Positions 12,324 through 24,089 of a DNA stretch of 64,000 nucleotides are shown here, piece by piece. Both the position numbers and the translations under genes were made by a program. The stretch's first letter is position 1. Each line of letters opens with the position of its first letter. The notes under the pieces are model-generated. The model ran no database searches. It was not told the origin of the DNA and worked only from the letters and a program-made list of their open reading frames with translations. Source of the DNA: Salisapilia sapeloensis CBS 127946 (taxonomy: Eukaryota; Protista; Oomycota); contig JAADVB010000082.1 of NCBI GenBank assembly GCA_023334545.1, forward strand, positions 1 through 64,000, written 5' to 3'.

Positions 12324-14047
12324 TCAATGACTCAGTTTCGAAATCATCCCATCCCAGTCTTCGTCATCCGACATGTCCAAGCTGCTCGAACGGCCGTTTA
12401 GACTCCGACAGCTTGTCGTTGAGGTAGGAGTTGCAAGGTTTATAAAGCTGCCCCATCGCGTCGAAGCTACCGAACTCAGCGACATCTTGCCTAGATCGAT
12501 GAACTCTCCTGCGCACAAACTACGCTCGGTCAAATCGAACGAGCCATCGTCTTCGCTCCATTGGATAGCCGACCGGTAGACGAGAGTCGTTCCTTCCTTG
12601 TTGTCGTACCTACCAGCCATTACCTCTTGTCTTGCCACTTGAAACGTGCTTTCCTGGGAAACTCGGAGCATGCACCGACGGCACATCTTAATCTGCCTTC
12701 GCACGGCTTTCAGTCGAGGGATAATGTCGATGCTTCGGCGATCGACACCGCAGTTCGAACACAGGACTACACTGCACAAGTGGCAGAAGTATCGCTTTCG
12801 CAAAGGATTGAACCGCTTGTCACACTGAGCACACACGGTCGCACGACGAATGTTATTCATCGCGACTAAGCTGTTCGACTCGTACTCGCGCTGCAACTGC
12901 ATCAACCATGAGATCTTCCGATGGTATGACAGTTCCGAGGCTGTGCGGCTTAACAAGAGTCCATTTGCCGTCACTAATCATAGTAAAAGATATAAGTATA
13001 CGTAAAAATATACTTGACATAGAAATAGGATACCTTTGTTGGCGACCGAGTTCATCACGCGGCCGAACGACTCGTAGTATCCCTTCATGTAGACGTCTAC
13101 CTTGCGCCCCGCGACCTCTTTAAAGATCATCGACTGCGAGAGTCGAGCGCGGACGATGCCAGAGGTCCTTTGCTGGGAAGGCGCCTCCGGCAAGTCTAGG
13201 CTATGGTACAAGTGATATCCAATGCGCTCATTCTCGCCTCTCCATAATACACCAGTCGCGACGATGACGACCAGGTCACGTGGCTTGACCATGCCACGGA
13301 TGGGAGCAGGCAATATCATCTCGTTCACTGTCATCTGGAGGGTCAGGCTGCGGTAAGGCTGGTCCGGTGTGGGTTTCTCGATCGCAGCAAGAAGCTGTCC
13401 GTCCACCATGCGAACCGACGCGAAGGCCGAACATTGCATCAACTGTGCCTCATCCGGTGTCATCGTCCCATACATAACGTCGTCAAGTGTGCCTGGGATT
13501 GACCCTGTGCCCACGAGCTGTCGCGGCATCTGCCACTCGGTAGCGCTACTGTTGCCGGCCAAGTTACCACCCCAACCATGCGCTCTGGCAACCTGGGCAA
13601 CCTTTGTAGCTGTCGAATGCGTGCGCTCTGTGTAGATGGTGAGTGCGTCGCGAGTGCGCACCGGCTTCCAATGCCTTTGGTCTAAGGATCGAGGACTGGT
13701 GCGGTTGTACTATTGTCACAGGTAGAATCACGTTAGTGTATTGTCGTAGGAGTAGAAGTATATTATTGGATGGAGGATGATAAGGAGACTTTCTTTCGCC
13801 TTCTACAACCTGATATATATGTATATCATGCATTAGACCGCATTGCCACATCGGACAGCTTGGACATGCAAGCGACTGAGGATGGCTTCGGGTCGACAAA
13901 GAAACAAACAGATGTATGAAGTACCTTATCGTAGTCGACAAGCGTGTCCTGGACGAGTCCTCTAGCGATGCGCTTGGCGGAGAGCTTTTGCTCTTCCGTG
14001 AGCTCGATCGGTGCAAATGTGTCCGCCTTCCAGTGCTTGACTGTCAT
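12324..14047 (-). CDS. START-FYVE protein (copy B'), C-terminally truncated relative to B; two introns
   Basis: Exons MTVKHWKADTFAPIELTEEQK, YNRTSPRSLDQRHWKPVRTRD..., TANGLLLSRTASELSYHRK.... Stops at KLSH*; the ancestral tail is still visible to 12189 but contains further stops. Confidence 0.8.
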
Positions 14048-14818
14048 CTTGTTCGTCTTGGGCGGAAGATTTTATAATGTCTAGACCAGGTTCCGCTTCA
14101 CTAGAGCAAAATAGGATGATGGAAGGGAGTGTTCAGTGGTTGTCAAGTCGAGCCTACTTGCCACAACGTGGAGCGTAATATCCACTCGAGATAGCCTTGG
14201 TATCTCAGCTCGAAAATTTCCGTCATAAACAGCAGTCCTCGAGGACACGAGTGCTATCTCAAGTACCTCCGATTACTGATATCTGATTCCGCTGGTCGTA
14301 AGCCTACAAAAGTACCGGTACGAAGCGACAGATCTCTGTATCTATTCACCAGTAATTTCAGTTAATACCCGTGGGTTACATAGATTTTCGCAGTAATATG
14401 AGCCACTTCGCACACCTTTTCAAGAGTACAATGCTCGCTGTAAACTCTCAACTGGTCTGTTTCGGCGCTTCAATTCAAGTCGACCATTTTCGAAGCATGT
14501 ATCTTTAGTAACCTAGTAACCTTCTACCTAGAAAAAATAAATCAAGCTAGAGGGGAAGTTTAGACTGCTCCTCTCATTCTCTGTACCTTAGAACCTTCAT
14601 GCACTCTGCTTACTGCAACATCTTCTCAAGATTATGGTCACAAGCGCTCAACAAAGTTTCGATTCTTGCGCAAGGGGGTACGTTTGACGAGGTCACTTCA
14701 GCTAAAACATTGCGCCACTGGATATGATCACAGTTGGTAGAGATAAAGATATGGTTTATACACGCATAGCCGGTCTTTATTTGACTCCATAATGCAACTG
14801 CTTACTTTCCATCCTGCT

Positions 14819-16433
14819 TTACTTGCTCTCTGCTCCAACTGGTGATAGCTGGATCGCGCTCCCAGTTGCCGCGACTCGTCGTTTCGTCATTTCATGCCAG
14901 GCATATTCCCTCAATTGACTTGTAGCACTGAAATCTTCCGGCGTGTACGAACCTAGGTCTCGCCAGCTCCCCACATCGGCGGCGTCCTCATTGACAAACT
15001 CTGGTGGCTCGACCTCCCATTCGCTCATGTCCGCCGCGGACACTGAATCGCTCGAAGAGATGCTTTGATCCGTTTTGTATGCACTAGCATCGCTCTTTGT
15101 CTCGCTCGTCCGAGACACCGTCTCCGCCTCCCACGGTTCACTTATGTCGTCTTCCATCACCTCATGACGAGCCACGACAAAGGCGCTGTAGTTGCACACT
15201 TTATCCATACACGGGCCGCACGTCGTGCTAGTTGACTTCTGGAGCTTATTACCACGAACTATACGGTAGTGCGTGTCGCACTTACGGCATGCGCTGCAGA
15301 GAGGAGTCTCACACAAGTTACATGTCACCAGCTTTGTGATGAGTCCACCAGCCTTGAAGCAGGTTCCGCACGCGCCTGAAATCACCTCAACGTTGCCATC
15401 CGATGCAAGGCCATCATCTCCTTGGCGCTTGTTCCCTTCTTCCTGCTGCTGCTGGATGAGATAGTCGAGCTTCTTATGGTTGGCGATCATCACGGCGTTC
15501 CAGCTCACGAGAAACGTTCTCGCCATCACGCGGAGCATTACCGTAGTTAGGAGCTGCCCAAAGTCTTCCACATAGCCTTTGATGTAGACGCTAACCTTGC
15601 TGCCTTCTTGCTTGAACAGGTAGCAGGTCGATGAGCGCATGCGGAGAATACCTTTGTCCTCATTGCTGCACTCTGGGAAATCGAGACTGTGGAAGAGCTG
15701 GTACCCGATACGCTCTCCATTTTTCCGTTCGATGATCCCTGTGCTGTCCAAGGCGAGAACGTCTCGAAGCTTGGCTATCTTCGTGAATTTACCTGCGGGT
15801 GCAGACAGAAACCACTTGAGTGCGAGTAAGTGGTAAGGCCGTTCGGGCGTCGGTGCCTCAATTATCTTGAGAACCCTCGAGTCCGCCACATTTGCTTTCA
15901 TGTAGGCGTTCTTGAGCAGCATCTTCTGCATCGAGGGTGAAGTCATGCCGAGCATCACGTCGTCTACTGTGCCGTCCACTACGCATAGTACACAAATTAT
16001 CAGCAGATAGAACGTAGTCATGGAGTACTCCAGAGTGGCATTTTTATAAGCAATTAGCTCAAGGGCAGAGAACCCCACGAAAAGACCACTTAAGTCATAA
16101 ATTGAAAATCAAATTACCTTCGCCCAGACCGATGATGGCTTTGGGAAGACTCCATTGATTCGTGCTGGTACTGGAGTCAGACGAAAGTTGCGAGTCTTCG
16201 TCTGTGGTAATGGCTTCCCGAGATGGATAGCGCTCTTTGTAGGCAGTGAGCGTCTTGCGCCGCTCGATGACCTTCCAGTGCTTTGGATCGAGCTCATTCA
16301 TGCCAGTCTCATCGTATTCACGCAAAACATCCCGAACCAGGCTTGTCGCAAGTGCCTTGATCCTAGCGGCGCCCTCAGACGTGATCTCCGGCGCCACGGG
16401 TTCATACTTGCCGCTCCAATACATCCCACGCAT
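14819..16433 (-). CDS. START-FYVE protein (copy A'); intron 15979-16117
   Basis: Close paralog of A, with the same exon junction (LGE|VDGTVDDVMLG) and a near-identical FYVE region. Confidence 0.85.
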
Positions 16434-16786
16434 TTGATCTCTATGGGGCACTGAACCTAGAGAAGTGCCAAGAGAGCATATCGGCTTCTGATTACGTCCG
16501 TACGACCAACACGATGGTAGGCACGCCATGATTCAACAAGCTGCTTAGAAGCTTCGACCAAGTACCTCCACTTGGCAAAACTTTACGTCTTTTGGTCTAT
16601 CAGCACCACCTACGCTATAGTCGTAAACTCTACTTCAAACCTACTTGCTTCTCAATCCTACAAGTGCATTTCACCGTTAATTGAGGTGACGAACTTCGAA
16701 CTCGATACCGTAGCCTTACAATCGACAAAAGTACTCTACCTCTTTTAACAACAAAGACAATTTCTAATTTTAGTCATTTGAGTCAA

Positions 16787-18350
16787 CTAAAGTGTCTCCA
16801 CCGTGCACGCCAGGCTCTCAGTCTCGGCAAGTGTCATCGCCATGTCGCACAGGGTGCCCTTCGGGTCGCTCACCATCTTGATTTCAAAGCTACTGAAAAT
16901 GCTGGCCTAGGTGATTTTCATCTCCGTGTATGCAAATGTTTTTAAAGACAGCGATGATTGCCAGCAGATACATGAACACGGTGAACACAAAATCGATGGT
17001 AGCATGCCTGTTATATAATGGGATACATACAAAAGACTGGAAACTTGGCACGAGAAATGTTTTTGAGCTTTTCTCTGTTGTTCAGCCAGTATTCTGGTCT
17101 GAATTCTTCCGCGTCACCACCACACACAGAATTGGGGTGGCCTTCAGCATACAGATTGATACCAATCGCTACGTCGGATGAATTTAATGTGCCGTCGCGA
17201 AGAGTCGTGTCACGAACGGCTGATCGGTCAGTCAACGTAGCGGCAGCATGCAGTCTCGGATTTTCTCAGACGGCAGACTGCAGATACATGAGCTTCGATA
17301 GCGCTTTCATCCTAAAATTCTCTCCTTTATCTGCAAAGATGTGCGGTACCCTTACACGCAACTCGAATTGAATCTTGTCGACGACGTGAGGATTCTTGTT
17401 CATTTCGATGGCATACCACGACGATCTCACGGCCGTCGTGTCTTTGCCAACAAAGATAAAGTTGATGACCATATCTCGAATGGTTTCATGGTTGGTCTGG
17501 AGCTCTTTTACTCTATCAAGAGCTTGTATCTCATTTTTGAGGAACACGGAAATAAGGTATTTCGGTAGTGGGACACTGTCTTCACCTCCAAGAACTGCTG
17601 TCGAACGGAGCGCTCAATGACAAAATAGCAAACGTTGACAATTTCTTTTTATTGTTAGCAAGCAAGTCTTCTGTGTCAGTATTAAACTACCGCTTGAGTT
17701 TCCGGAACCATCGAGGCTGCACCTTTCGACAGCGAGCGGCAAAAGATACTTTCGAGTAAGCATCGATAACCTCGTTCGATTCATTTCCATTTAGCTTGTT
17801 GTCAATGCAAATTTACTCTACAACGGATGCAATCTTGATGAAAGCGTCTACAGAGTAGTGAGCCAACACCTCTCAGATGCTGCAGACTTCCTGTCGATAA
17901 GCATAGCTGTTGAGTACGTCTAGTAGCACAGCGTTTTTCTCGCGAATCATGTCAGGCATGACGTCTTTTACCATCTGAAGCAAAAAGAGAGGCTAGCTAG
18001 TACTCGTTGTGCATTCCAGTCATCTCCGTCTAGATTGAGAACATCTACAGATAGGTATGAGCAACGATCGTATCGATCATATATGTGATGAGATAGATGC
18101 TAGTTCCTTAAAATTCTTGATGTTTGGGTCGAGGGATTGGACTTCCCTCAAACCTATAGCCCTGTTTGTTCAGAACATCGTTTATGTGCCCCGGAGATGA
18201 AATAACCATCATCCATTGACGTCCTTGAATGTCGATCAGGTATGTTTTCCATTGAACTGTTGAGCGTTTTCGGTCATGTAGTGAAAGAAGCGAGTTGCCT
18301 GTCTCGCTGCAGTCAGCTTATAAACCCGAAGAGGACTGCAACCTCCTGCC
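16787..18350 (-). pseudogene. Near full-length cytochrome P450 pseudogene (CYP86/704-clan-like oomycete P450)
   Basis: Ordered remnants: GRQWMMVISSP, LNLDGDDWNAQRVLAS, DMIREKNAVLLDVLN, I-helix NFIFVGKDTTA, K-helix region ALSKLMYLQSAV, DAEEFRPEYW (PERF), AGNHRCL (heme). Many stops and frameshifts. Confidence 0.85.
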
Positions 18351-19744
18351 TTTCTAATCTGCTTGCCACTAGGATCTAAGGCTTCCTTCTATCGCTTCAA
18401 TAGCAAGTGATCAGTATAAACGACCATTACTGTAGGAACAGTAGCCGAATGAACTACTTTGGTTGTCGATCGATCACTAATAGCGTTCTCCATCGTTTGT
18501 AGGTGGACCGAGTCAAACGTGAAATGACAATAGCGCAAGATTTATTAATCAAAGGTACGTATTGTCAAAGATTGTGGAAACTTTGGAGCGCGTCTGAGTT
18601 CATTTGGCAGACGAGGATACCAGTACATTCACAAATGAGGTCGCTCTTCCGACGAATTGCTTAAGTGTTTGTACTTACACTCTCTTCTTTCCTGTCTATA
18701 GGGATTCGGCATGCCGACTTGCATCGACTGTTCCATCGAAATAATAGTAAGCTTGAATGATACAACTAAACTTTATATATGAGCAGTATCTATGTCATTA
18801 CTCTTTCACGTATGCAGGGACCTTCGCGACATGCTTGGATGCATCCAAGTGGTACAGTCAGCAGGTTGAATTAGGGTGGTGAGGAGTTTGCTAAGGCCTC
18901 TGCTTGCTGTGATGACTCCAAGGTGCAAATGGCTTCCGGGTATTTCGGTCCTGCCGTTAGGGCATGAAGCAGTGCCATAAGCTTTCAAAAACCTCAGTTG
19001 CTTTCGTCTTAGTTTTGTTTTCGTTTCTCAGCGCTACCACAGCATGCACCCGCCAGCCAGTTGGGTTACTCTTTTAAGCTTTATTATCTCACTGTCCTCC
19101 TTGCCTGACGTTTATGATGCATTTGGATTCAATCCTTTTTCAACGAAGGTGTACAAGCCACGGCTAACAAGTATTGCAGTGGGCATGAACAGCAGAAGCC
19201 AAGTTTTACCCTTGCATTAGTCAGAGCGTCAAAGTATGAAAGCGATACTAAGTGGAAAAGCTTCGTATTATAAACAACGAATGACCTGCTTGAGTAGGTT
19301 AATTAAGAGAGCAGTAGCTCAGGTAAGTGTAGCCGAGAGACAACTGAAGTTTGCTGTGAGTAATTCCCCAAACCAAATGCAAAGATGGCGAAAGTGACTA
19401 GCTATCCGCAACAAGGAATAGTACTCGACTGGAAACTTCGGCTTCTTCAAACTCAAGCATTTTAATGCTTTTGACTGATCCTGTTAATTTAATAGCTATG
19501 CCTTGTATAAATTCGCTTGCCAGTATGACAGGTTACTGCTCCTTTTGAGTTGACTTCCCAGGCCCGATTGCTGCTATCCATGTGGCTTTGCTACTTCCTA
19601 TTCTATGTCCACTTCAATCACCGATCGTAGACGACTCAAGTATCTGCAATATCGACATGTATGATCACATCTACCTGTTCATTTGGGAGAGTATAGTCAT
19701 TTTAGCTTTTGCCAAGGATATTCCACAGCTCTGACAGCATAAGA

Positions 19745-21542
19745 ATGTTCCGACGTGCGTGGACATTGGCACTAGCTGCCACGGCTGCTTTCATGTCAGC
19801 GACCTCTGCTTCAGAAGACACAAAGTGTTTCCCAGACAACTTCCTCTTTGGTTCTGCTACGGCATCCTATCAAGTTGAAGGAGCAGTAGACGAAGGTGGA
19901 CGTACCCCGAGTATCTGGGACGAGTATGTCTTGCTATTCTCGTCAAAGTCGTTTCAATAGCTAATGAACTTGTATCAATAGTTTCTGTCGTGAAAAGGAA
20001 GACAGGGCATGTGCCAACGTTGCTGATGACTTCTACCACCGCTATGCTTCGGATGTGGACTTGATGATCGCTGACGGACATGACACCTTCCGTTTCTCAA
20101 TCTCCTGGTCGCGTGTCATGAACTGGGACCCAGAGACCAAGCGGATGAAGCCCAACCCAGAGGGAATCAAATTCTACCACGCGCTAGTCGACAGACTCAA
20201 CGCAAACAACATAGAGCCAATCCTCACAATCTACCACTGGGACCTTCCGTCGGAGCTGCACACGGAGCTCTCACCAGTAAGCTGGCTCAACCCGGAGATC
20301 GTCAGCCACTACAGTGAATACTCGACCCTCATCTTCCACGAGTTCGGACAAAAGGTCAAGTTCTGGTCTACTTTCAATGAACCGCTCGTCACGTCCTACT
20401 TTGGCTACGGCACTGGACGCATGGCACCTGGTAGATCTGGTTCCGACACGGAAGCGTACATTGCCACGCATCACATCCTGCTTTCGCATGCTAGAGCTGT
20501 GAACAACTTCCGCGACCTTAAGACTGCTGGCGTCGTCCAGGAAGATGCTCGCATCGGTATTGTCATCCCAACGTGGGCTGCTTTCCCACTCGATCCGTCC
20601 AATCCGAAGGATGTGGAAGCCGCGGAACGTGTGAAAGACTTTACCATCAGCTGGTGGATGGAGCCGATCACGACGGGAGACTACCCTGCCGTCATGCGTG
20701 AACGCGTTGGCGACCGACTTCCGCACTTCTCCGAGGAAGAGAAGGTGCTGCTCAAGGGCTCGTACGACTTGTTCATGCTCAACCACTACACGTCTCTCCT
20801 CGTGACGGACTGCGACTCGCCGACATCCAAGACGGACTGCAAGTCCCTCTTGCCTGGCTTTGACGCCGATCTCGGTGCTGACTGGCGAACGCAGTTCCCG
20901 GAAAACTCGATTATGGCTGCCACAAACAAGAAGGGAGAGCAAAACTGCCCATTCTGGGCTGCCTACCCGGAAGGGTACATGCAAGTGATGAAGGGTATGC
21001 ACAACTACGACACGACTGCCGACATCCTTCTCACGGAGAACGGATACTGTGGCAATGAGGTGATTGAGAGCGAGGTGCAGCTCTGGTACTACCAGTCGTA
21101 CCTCAACCAGGTGCACAAGGCAATCTACGAGGAGAACATCCCAATCATCGGATACACTGCCTGGTCGCTCTTGGACAACTACGAATGGGGATCCTTCAAC
21201 CCACGCTTCGGTCTCTACTACGTCGACTTCCCACCGCAGGTCGGCTCGCACGAGCTCTACGAGCCCAAGCCTTCGGACCTAAAGCGCATTCCTCGTCCGA
21301 GCGCAACATGGTTTGCCAACCTTTCCAAGAGCAAATGCATGACGCAAGAGCTCGTGGATGTCCCGACGAGCGACATCGTCAAGGGAACGCAGCACGCGAC
21401 CAACTTGGCCGCGACGGTCGTTCCACAGTCGAATGTTTCGACGGAAATGGTTGGACTCGTTGGTGCGATCGGCCTCGTCGCTGGTGTCGTTGCTTTGGTG
21501 GCAATGAAGCAGCGCCGTCAGGAATACAGTCCTGTAGCTTAG
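19745..21542 (+). CDS. Glycoside hydrolase family 1 beta-glucosidase, signal peptide and C-terminal TM anchor; intron 19924-19981
   Basis: [38 protein letters not shown] (acid/base), LLTENG (nucleophile), [22 protein letters not shown]. Hydrophobic N-terminus and [17 protein letters not shown] tail. Confidence 0.95.
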
Positions 21543-22249
21543 ATGAGTCGTTCGAATGCGAGACCGTAGGCTCAACTATAATCAATGGACGTGACTTGAC
21601 ACCACTTCGTTATACGTGAAGAGTTTTGACTACGCATTTGGAGTAATGCTTCCATTCGTTAGCGCGCCCAAGGCATGTAGATCTATCGCTACATGTATGG
21701 AAAGCGTATAAGTTACCAGATCGAACAATTCACTGGACAAGAACTCGCAGACGGCCGTGAATCTCTGATCGTTGGAAGCGATACAGCTTTTCGTTCTTGG
21801 TCTGTTGGCGTCGCATTGGTGATGATTGAAAGTGATTGAAAGGAAAAAGACATGACTTTTGTAAAATTTACATGAGTGTCATGCGGAGGGATCACACGAG
21901 TGGAAATCTAGTGAAAGGGGGTGAACACGACAGCACAAAGTAAGCACAAAGACAAACAAATCGGCAAAGAGGCGAGAAGGATGCAATAGAGTTCATGAAC
22001 TACGTGTACTATGAGAGCAGTCAAAGCACCAAGATGTCCGAGGTCTACATTAAGCGCATAGGAGAGCTCATCGGATTATACAGCTAATGTGAGTGAAGCG
22101 TACGAGGTGCGCTACTGCTTGATGGTGACACGGCATACTTTGCCATCATCAGACAGAAACCAAGAGACTAGCCTCGTTGTCGAAAATCTGAATCGTCCAA
22201 AGATCATAAAAAGGAAGCTGGAGTCTGCCGTGAGTCTCAAACTGAGTGC

Positions 22250-23130
22250 AGTGTCGATGAAGGCTATCGATATAGAAAAGATAATGCAGCGAAGGATATG
22301 AATGGAAACGACAACGGTGAAGATATTGAGCATAACGTTGGTTAAGGCAATAGAGAAGACGCATATGAAAGCGACAAGAATGAAGTCATCAAATGGAATG
22401 CGGATCGTGTACATGAAAGGAGATGTCAAAGCAACGCTGAAAGTGAAGGCAATGTAGACGAAGGAAGCAATGACGACGAGTACGATCGAAAAAGGGATAA
22501 CCAAAGCGACGATGAGTGAACGAGTTAGAATGACGAGGATGAGGAAGCTATTTGCATTGACGGTAATGAGATGAATGTGGAAGTCAATCTAGATGGAAAG
22601 CAGCTAATTGTGTGAGTCCAGTGGAGCAAATGACGAATCGCCTTCTGGATGATGATAATGATGACGATAAATCCAAGGCAGCTTCGGATAGTTCGAAAAG
22701 GGATAGAGGGCTGGACATCAACGAAGGGATTACGAGGACGAAAAATCTACAAGCAGGAGGCGGTGTCTCTCCCGACCACCTTCTTTAGCCTTTTGCTCAA
22801 GACGTTCGCCAGTACATCGCTTGTGGTTTTTCAATAGGAAAGTCGACGACTTAGACAGCTAGTCTGGTAGCAACCGGGATTATACACATGCAAGTGTGGC
22901 AGTGACGGTAGCAGCAATGCTGAGCTAGATGCTGGTGCAGATACTCATGTTGAAGATCGGAATGATGATCAAAACGATGGGATGGAAGCAGACAGAGACA
23001 AGCGAGTGAGTACACAAGCACGGTATGGAATCCTAGCGGACGTCATATCTATAGTTAAAAGCTATGAAAGCACAACAGTCATCCAACTGCACGGTACGAC
23101 GAAGTCTGCATGCACAATTTTCACTTGGTA
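22250..23130 (+). pseudogene. Decayed Asp/Glu/Asn-rich low-complexity reading frame
   Basis: A + frame reads ...NGNDNGEDIEH...AESEGNVDEGSNDDEYDRKRDNQSDDE*...NDEDEEA...DRNDDQNDGMEAD with scattered stops. Family not recognised. Confidence 0.35.
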
Positions 23131-24089
23131 GCTGGTAGCTGCATAGATGTGTATGCACATGATGCATTCATGATCGCTTCAAGGACATGAAGGAGTATCA
23201 GTGCGACAAATGGACCAGGTGGGAGATTTGCAAGTTGCAAGTTTCCAGTGCCTTTGCTCGGAGGATTTTCAATACGTGAGATCCTATCGTGCATCAGCTT
23301 CTGGTCTCTTCTACTTGTATAAAGATGCTTACATGAATTTGCGTATCACATGAGACCTGGGTACGCAGCATCCAAGCATAGAGTAGTGATGATGATATCT
23401 CATGGCATGACCAATGATGCATGGGATCCGCTACTTCGACCTTTCATCCCATGTACCATAAAAACCCAAGTCCACGTCTCCTTGTTGGATGCAAACGATC
23501 TCAGCAACCAAGAAGTGTTGGCAAGAGATTTGTCGCGAGTGGAAACCTCAAGTCTGGTACTTGATGACTCAACTCGCCTTGAAATTAGTCACGAGAGCAA
23601 ACACTTGCCACTATAGTGCGTAACGCTCTCTTTCATCTCGCCTTCACCAATCATGAGCATAAAGCGTCTGCATATTCTGCGAGATGTCGCTTCCACTCGA
23701 CATCTGGTCTCACCAACACTGTCAGGCGTCCAGTGTCGGACCAGAGGAAAAAGGCGTCGCAATTGCTCCATCCCCATACTCTTCTAAAGATACCTTGCAG
23801 ACACGAGCAGTCTTCTCGCACTCGCCACAATCGAGCAGCGCATACGAGAGACGTCCTGTCTCTCGCCAGTCGCGTCCACGTCTCTTCACAGAACATGGCT
23901 ACGCTCGCCACGTCTCAAATTCCAACGATCCGTTGACCGCTTGTCCGGATAAAGTAGCGTGACGGCAGAGATGTGCTGTGGGCGCGTAGACTGCCCTGGT
24001 CCCTGCCTCCCTTCATGCGTTCTATTTACTTCCTCGAGTACTAGTTAACACTATACCAGCCAACGTCCATTCTCTCTTTTCTACCCTCC

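Larger units (their letters stand above)
12189..17110 (-). repeat. Right arm of the inverted segmental duplication
   Basis: Reverse-complement homology to 620-5691 in the same gene order (P450 pseudogene, A', B'). Confidence 0.9.

Noticed and set aside
18350-19700. Intergenic region upstream of GH1
   Set aside because: Only short ORFs; no repeat structure or motif I could support.
20271-21251. 326-aa antisense ORF over GH1 (similarly 9557-10228, 26804-27607, 31608-32318, 35830-36444)
   Set aside because: Antisense shadows expected from high GC3 codon usage; the sense genes explain the sequence.
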